Of a stretch of 64,000 nt of DNA, positions 48,301 through 60,300 are shown piece by piece. The DNA is from a virus (lineage: Duplodnaviria > Caudoviricetes), in the IMG/VR virus record IMGVR_UViG_3300008107_006173; one strand, given 5' to 3'. The first letter of the stretch is position 1; every line of letters starts with the position of its first letter. Below the pieces are notes generated by a model. The model saw only the letters and a program-made list of their open reading frames with translations, made no database searches and was not told the origin of the DNA. Position numbers and translations under genes: made by a program.

Positions 48301-51300
48301 ATATTACCTGCTACTAACCCAAACAAAGTATCAGATCCAAAAACACTTATTAAAGTAGTCGAAGATGGTACCATACAGTTTACAAATGACTATCGAGGTG
48401 ATCTGCCAAACAGCGTGTTAAACATTGTTGTTAAGGTACAGGACGGCATCGCAATCAAACTTGGTGCCGGAAGATCATATGAAATTACACCTGAGATAGC
48501 CGGCGACGATATTATCCTGTTTGATATTGACGACGCCGACAGATTCTTAAAGAAACCCTCTGGTGTTCGTGAGTACAACCTATGGCCAACTACAAAACAA
48601 ATAAACTTCACAGGTATTTGGGATAATGCATTCCTAAGAATACCAAATGCTGGATATGTAAATCCTGCTAATGTAAACTTCATGTCTTATAGTATAGCTG
48701 ACCTTCCAGATCTATTCAGCGATAATATTATTGTCAAACCAGCCGGTGGACATTTAATTCATGTTGCTGTTTCTGAAAATAAAGATTGGAATGTTTATAA
48801 GTTAGCGCCTATTGACTCAAGAATTTCATTCCTACATCAGGCTCAAGGTTCAGATAGTGCTAAACTTGTTACAAATAACAGTTTGTTTAACTATCTAGAC
48901 TCAAACATGATCGGCGAGGCTGATACCGCTAGATATCTAGACTACTTCCTAACTCTTAAGAATGCTGATGTTAGCGACAATGTAGTAGTTTGGACTAACG
49001 AAAGAATTATTCAGCAGCGACAGGCTGATATTACAAATCCAAAAGCCCCAAGAATGATCGAAGCTCGCATTAAGAGCATTGGTCCTGCTCCTGGTAGTAA
49101 TATTGCTATTGCTGATTATAAACCAATTACAACTAAAATTTATGCTGATGTGCAAGTAAGCAACTCAGCCGCAGCTAATACACTGGTATTAAATTTTAGA
49201 AATGTACACAATATCAAAGAAAACGATGCTATTACACTAGCAGCAACATCTGGTGTACAATATTACTCAAATGCTACTGTTGTACTAAACAGCGCAGGTA
49301 ATGTTACATTTACTAGCGTAAGTTCACTACCAAGCGAGTTTACTGCGCCTGCTTATGTAACTCTCTACACTGAAGATGCAAATATTTACAATAAATCTGT
49401 TTATGTTCAGAGTGTTAATGTTGCTGCCGGTACATTCACTGTAACAAACAGCTATTTTGCTGATTCAAATGTGCTGGTTGGACTAGGTAATATTGATTAT
49501 CTATTAAATGTTACACCTAATTATGACGCTGGTAATACAGATGTATACTATCTAGCATCAAATGTAACCAGTAGAAAACTTGAAATATCAGGTCCTGAAC
49601 TAGCTAATATTGTTTCAGGTGTTCAATATAATGCTGTTGCAAGTAATGTATTCTTTAACGGAAACGGCAATATCTCAATTGAAACATTCGACTTTATTCC
49701 TACTAACTTTAAGGTTCCTGGAAACATTACACTTTATGCATCAGGTGATTCCACTGCTAACGGTAATGTGTATTATGTTGAAAGTATTGATCGCAGAGGC
49801 GGATTTATTCAGGAAGAAGATATGGCTTTCCCTGTAGCTACTTCTCTAGTAGTTAAGGATCCGTATTTCTCTAACGCTAACATAATCTATAATGCTAATG
49901 CTAATGTGACCTTTAATAGTTATGGTAATATTACAATTAATAGTGCCGGTGCTATTCCTGCTAACTTTGCAGTACCCGGTTATGTTAAACTGAGAATTGG
50001 TCCGGGAGGACTAACTAGCTCAAACAATCGTCCTGTATATGTTACAGCCGCAAACCTAACAACAAATACTTTTACAGTAATCAATGACGGATTATTTACA
50101 ACTGCTAATGCAACAGCAAATCTAAATGTTGTTGGATACAGTTTAGAACTACCATCAAATACAGTAAGTGGCTTAGGTAATGTTTCCTTTACTCTAACTG
50201 TTCCATCAACTGTTGAAGTTCAACATATGGATCGCACTAAGATTATTACTGATGATGCTCATAGTGTCGAGATTGGTCAAGTAGTAAGAATCTTCTCAAA
50301 TGCATTTACTGGAACATATACTGTTCGTAGTACACCGGATGATCGTTCAATTGAAATTGATGCTCCGTTTACTTACAACGATGACAGAACAGGGTGGTTG
50401 ATCAAGAAGGGTCTTCAGATTAAGACCACTGATCCTCACGGTATTAGTCCCGAATATGCAAGAAATAGAAAGAGAATTGCAATTCACTTTGCTGATCCTA
50501 GATTATACAATGACATCTATTTCATTGATGAAATCACACCAGATAGCATTATCGTAAAAGATAGAATGCCCCTAGAAGGCATCGCGTCTGTATACTTAGA
50601 TCGTGTTCAGGCTTATGTTAGAAATGCCAACCTTTCAACAAGAACTGTACAGATTACAAATAATGGTTTGCTGTCAGAAACTACAATTATCTACACAGCA
50701 AACAGTCAGTTAGTACCTGCTAATGCATATTCTATTAACTCAACAAACATTGTGTTTGATGCAAATATCTTAGATGCTAATTCTAGTGTATCAACCGGCT
50801 TTACAATCTTTAGAGAAATGGATGTTGCAGAGGATCGCTATCCAATTCTAACAACACTAGATCATGGTGTTGTTAAACTAAACGGTATTGACCTATCTAT
50901 TACTAGCTATAACAACCTACAAGGTACGGTTGATGCTATTAATAGAGAAATGAATCTACGTCGAGCTGCTATCAGCTCTAGAGGCAACACAATGTCAGTA
51001 TCATTTAATATGCTTTCTGACATTCATACAGAATTACCAGTACCAGCCGGCACTAAGAACTTTGTTCCTTCTAGACAAGTTAATAATTCAACTGTTGGTA
51101 ATTTACCTATCAATTCTGTAGCAAATGGCTCTCAGCTAGGGACTAATACCACAGCGGCGTCATTTGCTCCAGCATACCAAATTGGTAATTACGGTCCATA
51201 TGTTAGAGACGAAAATACAATTATAGCATTAAGCAATAGAGACGTTATTACTGGTAACTTGATTCTAAGCTCAGGTAACGAAACCTCAATTGACCCAACA

Positions 51301-54300
51301 TTTAATAAAGGACCAATTAGAGTAGGTCCGCTACGCGGAATTACCTACACTGATTTAATGACAGGTCAGCGATACCTATGGAACTTTGAGATCGGTAAGT
51401 ATGTTAGAATTCAGCAGCCACGAGCATATACTGCTGATCCTGCAGACGAATTCTCAATTGGTTTAGATACATTAAGATCAGAAATTGCTTATAATCCTGA
51501 TCCAGCATTTTCAGATGGTACAGATACCGGTGCAGGTGTGAATCCTGAACACGAACGGGATTTAATTGCAGATCCTACCGAAGAAGATCAGGATACAACA
51601 GAGTTACCACAACAACCACCTAATCATGTTGATACTGCACCAGTCTTAACAGTACTAGCAGGCAACGGACCAACATCATATATTGACCCTACTGCAATGG
51701 GCAAAAAGCGTCCTATCTATGATCTAAGTGCTACCCGCGGCGGCAATGTAAGTACATCACCAAACGGTGCTGATACTGCATTTAGTGTGTTTGCAAATCC
51801 GCGCTGGGCTCTTAAGGCTGTGTCGACTTCAGCTGGTTGGTTAATTGAAGTTTATGAAAATGTTAAGAACAATAAAACACCATTTGCAAACTACTACTGG
51901 ATACTAGTTGATAAAGTTTGGCCACCATCATTCCCACATGACTTCTGGGGCACAATTAACGCAAATAGTGAGTTTGGTGAAGAACCTATAGAAACATCTT
52001 ATTATTATACAGATACTGAGTTTACTGGTAATATTGATCTACAAACTGATAGCGTATCAGCTAACGAAGCATATTACATTGATATTCCGCCAGTTGAGCC
52101 TGCATTCTACATTGGTAAGCAATTGATTCCAGAACCATTTGCTGTGTCTGGCGGTAACAACGCTAATGCAGCAGTGACTTGGGCAAAACTACCGCCAAGT
52201 GTTATTGGCGCCTCTGCACCAAATCTAAAAGATACAAAGATCACTGTTAATGCAACTGGCTACAATTCATTCCTAATGTGGGCACCAGGTTTAACTCCTG
52301 GTAAATGGGATCCACAAGTTGAAGGTCCTGGTCACTTAAACGGTTTTGCTGGATATCCAACATTTTGGGGTTACGGTGTAGGTTACTACGATAATACTGG
52401 CGGCGGACAAAGCCCAACATCATTTATCAGTGGCGGCACTGATCCTTATCCAGGCGCAGCAACCGAAGGCTGGTCAACAAGACAGCCACGATTCAAGTAT
52501 AGCAAAAACTTTACAGTATTCCCACTAAAGAATAACGATGTAAACGAACTAGCTAATTCTGTAATATTAGACGGTCAAACTAATCACGACAATCCAGCTA
52601 ATACACTGGTACGAGCTGATGATATTTTTGTCGCATGTTTCTGGACCGAAGCTCACACTTATAAGAAACAGTTAGTTGGATATAACTATAAGAATTTTGA
52701 TGCTGAAGGCAATCCTGCTCCAATTTATAAGGATTACAACGGTACAGTAACACGAGTCAAATATATTAGAATAAGTGAATTGCCCGCTAATGCAGTTCTA
52801 CGCCGTCCAATTCCTGACACAGGTTGGGGCGGCAAAGGCTGGAAGAATCTTGTTACCGATACAGTTAAACTACCTGGAGAATATAACCCAGTACCAGGTG
52901 ATGCAAATAATCCATGGTCTACATTTGATTTAACTTCTCTACCAAGTGGGTCAACTGGTGAAGATGCTGATGATACAACTCCAGCACCAATTGGTGATCC
53001 GCAAGTAATTGCACAAGGTGATCAAACAGCACCACTAAGTGGCGGCAGAGGATTAGGTAGAGCTAACAATGATTTATCGCTAGCGGTTCCTGTATCGCCA
53101 ACTGGGCCGTTCTTACACGGTGGTGCATTAGAAGCGTTACCGGGCCCATGTCAATTGAGCCCGGTTGTTATACCTCCTTCAACAGATCTACCCTGTTACA
53201 ACAGACCATCTCAAATTTATACCACATTAAAAACAGAACTTGACGGCAACGCATTAACTAAAACTGGAATTGTTGCTGCTGCTAATATTTCAAGCAATAG
53301 TGCAACTATTTCTAAGGGTTTAATTATTGATTCAGTTAGAATAGCTAGTACTAATGCGCTAGTACTTGCTAATGCATACACATACGCTCCAGCTAACGGA
53401 ATTCTAACATTTAGTAACTCTGTTCTAAGTGCTAATGCAAATGTTAATACAGATTTCTTAGTTAACGGCAGTATTCATGAAGAACACACAGTTATTGTTG
53501 TTGGTAATAATCCATTCTATGTATTCTTTGATTTTAGTAGTCCTGACATTGTTGCTAACGGTGTTACTATTGAACAATCAGATGACATTAGTTTTGGTAA
53601 GAGCAATGTTACAACTGCTGATATCAAACTGGTTACCACAACAATGCAAACTCCGATCAGTGAAGGCGGCGTTTCTAGAGTTAATGATGGTCAACAAATT
53701 GGCGTATATGGTGTAACAAATATACCACGCTTCTCAACAAACTTGTTACCGGAAGTTAATTCAGCATTTGGTATCGATAATCCAGTAGCTATCGGTGAAA
53801 CTAAGAGATTGAAGCTAGAAAGATTAGAAGCTATTGATCGTTACGGTCAATATAACGGTGTTAAGAATATTGGTTTCATAGCTAGGACTATCGACTGCCG
53901 CAATGGTCAATATGTTCGTGTTAGTGTAAACAAGGGCGCTGGCAATAAGACAGGTAAGTATAAACTACTCTTAATTTATACTGGCGTAGAAGAGGATCCA
54001 ATGGATCCAAACAATGGCTTCCTAGCAACTTGCCCTGATAGAGCAGCACCTTCCCGTGTATATCGCGCTGGCGCTAGAATTGAACAGTTTACCTACTCAG
54101 ATGCTAAAAGAAAGAAACGAGTAAGTAGCACAACCGGTGCTGCTGTAGGTGCTGTTGGTGGTGTAGCAGCAGCAGCAGCCGGTGTAACAGCCGGTGCCGC
54201 AGCAGTTGGTGCTTCTGTTGTTGGTGCAACAATTGCAGCAGCTATTCCAGTGATTGGTATTGGTTTAGCAGTAGGTGCGCTACTCAGCGGCTTATTTGGT

Positions 54301-57300
54301 AAGAAGAAGAAAGGTTTAGGCGACGGCTACTTTGGCGGTAAAAATCCTGCAGATGACAACATTTATTATCCATATGGCACCGGCAGCAATTCAACAACAC
54401 ATAAAACAGTTAGTGGTGTAAACGCTAACGGTAAACTAAGTGGTAAGAGCGTTGGTATTCCTATTGTTGACGTACCAACAGTCCCTACTTATTCAACTTA
54501 CGAATTTAAGGGTTACTATCGCGCACCAGTTGACGGCACTTATACCTTTAGCACTACATCAGACGATGCGTCATATGTTTGGATATCACCAAACGATGAT
54601 AAATCAGATGACGAGTACTATAAGGATAACGGATATCAACCAGGTAATCCAAAGAATTATACTCAGCAAAATGCTATTGTTGCTAACGGTGGTCTACATG
54701 GCGCAGTAACAAAATCCGGCACTATACAATTGAAGGCCGGCAACTATTACTTTGTTCGTGGTATCTTTGGTAATAACAAGGGACCTGGTAGCTTTATCTT
54801 TAGAGTTAAGCCACCCAACTCACCAGAAGAACCAGTCAGGTTTACTGGTAGAAAGTGTCCTAGTGATGATGGATATGTAGATCCGGCTACTTTAGCTGCT
54901 AATGATACAGCATTATATAATGTTGCGCCGGGGTCAAATACAGGCGGCGTTAGCAGCAACGATGGTCCTCTGCCTGATGATTTGCAGCGGGCAGTTAATG
55001 AAGCTATTGGCGTCCTTAACTTCTCTGGTTATTCACAGCCAGAAATGACTGGCACTACTTATATGCCAGCTAGCTTTAAGATTAGAAACACTAAGAAAGT
55101 TATAGACCCTCAAAGCTATGGATATTCTGTTGCACTCGACGGTAATAGATTCGTAAATGCTACTAGTCAGCGAGTTACGGGCGGATTTGTTATTCCTTTA
55201 GCTAAAAAGCTAACCGTTGTTTCAAGAACACCTCGTCCACTAGAGTCATCACAGGTTTCTTCGCAGCCATGGTTTAAGACATCGCAGTTAAATCTAGACA
55301 ATACATTTAGAGCTGTTAATTATAGTCCAAAGCGAATTGGCAGTACCTTTATGCTTGACACTATGGCAGTTCCGATTACCAATGTGGTTAACGGCATGGT
55401 TGTTACAAATAATAACAATGCTGGCGGCATTACATTATCACCTACCGGGCCGACCGTTCCGGGTACAGGTGTTTCCGAAAAACAAGTAATCGCAGAAACC
55501 AACGGCGGACTAACAGCCGCCACAAATAATACAATTATTGAAACTCCGCTAGCGGAAGCACCATTTGAAAATAGACAAGATAAAATTAAGTATACAGCTT
55601 TCCCAACTATTAACATTACCCCGCTCGTATATGATGCAAATGGTGCCCTTGTTCCAGCTGGTGCTCCTGCTATTGCTAGAATGGTAAAACCAACACCTAC
55701 CGCAAGTGTATCGGCACAGAATCTTGCAAACATACCACAAGGTTCTGAGCTTGTAATCAATGGCCGTACAATAATACCTGGTACAACAGCAGAAACATTT
55801 AAGGCACAAATTAACTGTGCTGACATTGGTATTCGCGCAGATATTAATAAAGCTACAGGTAACCTTGTACTAAGATCATGCTCAGATAATCCTTTCAATG
55901 TACAGAATGGTTGCGGACCAGGTAAACTAAAACAGGTAGCTGACTTCCATATCAGCAGAGGTTTTGATCAAAGCAGATCCGTAACTGCCGGCGAGAGCTA
56001 TACAGATAGAGCTCTAAATGTGTATGGTGTTGGCGACGAAGAAGGACTACCCATAGATACTGAATGGACTCAATTTGACAGTGACGATGAACTAGAATCA
56101 GTATTGAATCTAGGTAATTCAATTATTGGTGCTAGAACAACTACTGCTACAACCACAACAAACTTCTCTACTGGTGGTAGTGGATATAGTGTAGGCGACA
56201 GACTGAGACTAATTGGCGGTACACCTGTAAACAATACTCAAGGTCCACTAACATTAATGTGTATCGATGATCCAGGCTATGGATACACCGATGTAGGTAA
56301 TCTTCGCGTAGTAATCGGCGGCAATGACGCCCCTGGTTTTGGTGCTGAAGCTATTGTTACAGAGCTAGACGAATCAGGCGGTATCAAATTTATTGAAATG
56401 GTAAACTGGGGTATCGGTTACGATTCTCAAACACCACCAGATGTAAAGATTGTTGATATTGGTGAAAGATTTAATGGCCAGTACACTACAATTAATGCTC
56501 AGGATTTGGCATCAGTAGCTGGCTCTGTTTATAGCAGAGGCACTATCTTACTAGTTCAGGACACAACACAGCAAAACAATACGACTACTGTTAGAGAAAA
56601 GTTTTATAGAGTTGCTGCTGCAAACATTACAGTTTCTGCAACCACTTACAATGCTTCAGCTAATGCTACATTCTTAAGCAACAGTAATATTTCAATTAGC
56701 GGTAATGTTGCGACAGTAAAAGCCAATACTTGGGTAACATTGTTGTTTGCAGCATCAAATGAATATGCAAATGCAGCTAATAACTTTAACTTCTATGTAA
56801 GCAATGTAAATGTATCTAACACATTTACAGGCGCAGGTTCATTTACAGTTTCCGATAGATTCTTTGCTAATACAACTGTAGTAAATGCTCTAAACACAGG
56901 TGCTATTCAGTATACTGTAGTCGAACCATTAAACTACAGAGGACTAGTTGAAATTTGCGATCCTCGTTTAGGACGATCAAGCCCAATGGTTCATGCACGA
57001 ATTGGTATCGATCCAGCAACAGCCGAAGCAGGTGATGCAGGTGATGGCACAACAGATACAACATCACGCACTAAGGTACAGATGCTTGACAACTTTAGAT
57101 CACTAAACGGTCCATTGCGTATTGCTAAATTTATTGTTACTGGTACAGATGCTGAGGGTTCAATTACTGCTCTAAGAGTTATTGACAGAGGATTATATAA
57201 GGTATTCCCATCCGATCTAACAATGGGTATCCCACTAGAGTATGATTATGAACCAATTGGCCAAAACTCGTTCCCAGAACAAGCATTGGGCTTAGTTGAT

Positions 57301-60300
57301 CCTCTAAGAAATAATATTCTATACGGCGGTAGCCACCCTGAATATCAACAACCACCGTTTGTCAACACAGACGGGTCAAACATTAATCAAAATAACAAGC
57401 ATCCTGATTGGGCAGATCTAGACGAATATCGTCGAGTACTTGATCCAACAGCATTTAAAGGTTATAGACTTGTAAACGGTCAGCGTGTTAACGACCCTCT
57501 AGCATTTAATGACGGTGGTATCGGATACCGTTATGAATTGTTTAACGGCACACCTGGTGCATACGATCCGCTAACTTTTGTTTACATTGGCGGTCAATTT
57601 ATCAGCAAGCAACAGATTATCAATACTGATCCTGCTGATATTGATTTTGGCAACTACTTTGAGCCACGAGCAATTGCTGGCGGTTCAGGTGCAAGACTGT
57701 TCTTAACAGCAATGGAAGTTCCGGATTGCTCAGAAAAGGGCACAGCGAAGGAAGCATTAGGTTTACCAGATACGGTAGCAGATGTTAGTGCGCCAGAAGT
57801 TGTTGCTTTACAAATGAACAACGCACTTGCTGATGCAGGCTATCGACCTAGAGATATTTCAGTAGATGTTGTACCAGTTGGTGTTGGCATTGATCAAGTT
57901 GATATTAAAACACCTGGCTTCCCTGGAGTTCGAATCACTGGCACACCCGGCTTCCCAGAGAAATTAGGTATACCTGTTGGTGACTATTTCAACGGTATGC
58001 TATGTATCGAAGCTACATTAAGCACACCAAATCTAACAGGTCAGCAGGCTACTGCACAAATTGAAGAACTATATAAGAATAGTGCATTTGGGCTCTTAAC
58101 ACCAGAACAGGATGCAGCAAATTATGGCCCTGAAGGTTATAATACTGTTGAACCACCACAGGTACTATCACTGTTGTGCGTTAACAGTATCCAAACTGAT
58201 CCAAATAGCTGGTTTGGCAATCTAAACAAGGGTTCTGCACAGAATCCAACTGATTTTAGACTAAAACCACCTGTTGAAGGGCTAGACACTGGCCTAGGCC
58301 TACCAGGCGATTTAGAGTTCATCAATGAATTGTATGAATATGATATTCAAACTATCTTTGGTGAAAATGTAAACTTAATCGGTAACACTAATAGACAAAC
58401 AACCAATGTGTTTGTGTTTGAAAGCAAGCGTTTCCTCAATGTTGATCTTGTTGAAGAAGTCGATGCTACAGATACTTCAAATATTAGTTTAGCTACAGAA
58501 CCTAAAGTTTGGATCGACAGTTACTTTAACACTGATCCTGCAAATGTATCCATGACAGGGTTCACAGACGGTGGTTGGGCATATCTAGAATACGGTGTCC
58601 CTAAGCGTTGGCAGACACCGCTAACCAATCCTAACTATGTGAAGAATGTAATTCTTTATAATCAGGATGATGGTGCTAAGATTACAGACTTTGAATTTTG
58701 GGATCCGTTTAAGGGTATTATTCCAGGATTTATTCGCAACGAAATACATTTCGTTGGAACTAGCGATCCAGTAAACTATAATAATGCTCGCACTAACTTT
58801 GGCCAAAACAATATTGGTAAGGTATGGTGGGATACCAGCACACTTCGCTACATGTGGTACGAACAGGGCAGCGATATTGAGCGTTGGAAGAACTGGGGCA
58901 GAACCTTCCCGGGAAGTACAATTACAGTATGCGAATGGGTAGAAAGCCGCGCACTACCACAAAACTGGACAGGTGACGGTACCCCTCGTTGGCTAGATAG
59001 ATATGTAACTGAAAGAAGATACGATGAAGTAAATGAGAAGTATGAAAACTTCTACTATTACTGGGTACAAAATCGTGCTAAACTAGATCCTAGATTAGTA
59101 GAGCAACTGGGTAGAAAACATGACACTGAAACATTAGCTAAGTTTATCGCTAACCCAAGTGGTTACGGTCTAAACTTAGTTAGCTTTGTTAGTGAAAACT
59201 CATTTGTTCTAAACAACATTGGGCAGATACTACCTGAGGATAGCGGTGTAATTCAAATCAATCTAAGCCGTAATTTAAATGCAGATGGCATTAAGCATAC
59301 TGCATGGAAACTAATGCGCGAAGGCGACAACAACAGCATAGTACCAGAACACTTATCTGAGAAACTAATTGACAGCCTATGCGGTGAAAACGCTGTTGGC
59401 GAATTTGTTCCAGATAGACGACTAAGCAATGTAGAGCGTTATGGCATCAGTTTCCGTCCACGTCAAACTATGTTTGATGACATGTGGGAAGCAAGACGAG
59501 TAATGACATATGTGCTAAATGAAATTCTAGCAGATATTAAGCTAAACTCAATCTATCCAAACTGGGATGCTAATTTAGAACCTAGCAATGTATTTGAATC
59601 CGCCACTTGGTACGAAGTAAGATACATTGATCAGTCAACTAACACTAAAGTAAGATACGATAGCAGTTATAAGCCAATTTACAATGTTTCCAGCATCAGT
59701 GAACTTGAATCTAATCTAAATGTTCCTGACGGTACTGTATTGCAGGTCAAAGGATCAACCGGAGACCGGGCACAGCTTTGGATGTTTGATTATGAATCGC
59801 AGTCATACAAATTGATTGCTATTGAAAATGAAACTATTAAGATTAAAAATTCAGTATACAATTCATCGTCATTCCCAGAAACAGAGCCGGCAGATTTAAG
59901 AAGCCTGCTAGAAGCTCTGAGAGATAATGTATTCAATAATACTCAGTATTGGAATGTGTTGTTCTTTGCTCTAATGAAACATGCTTATATGGAGCAAGGT
60001 GAACTATCATGGGCATTTAAGACTTCATATGTTTATGTAGAAAAGGATGAAGAAGATCTAATTGAGTTCGTTGGCTTCAAGCCAGAGAACTTTGAAAAGG
60101 TTATCGAATACATGAACGAAGCCAAGCCGTTCACTGCTAAGATTCGTGAGTACAAGGACGGCAAGCGAGCACCAACAGAAGTTATTGGTGTTGGTATGAT
60201 CAGTGACTTTGATAAGCCACCATATCCAGATCCATTGACAGGCAATATTAGAATACTCGATGACTTCGTGTTAGATGATGCTAATATTTTAGCCAACGAC

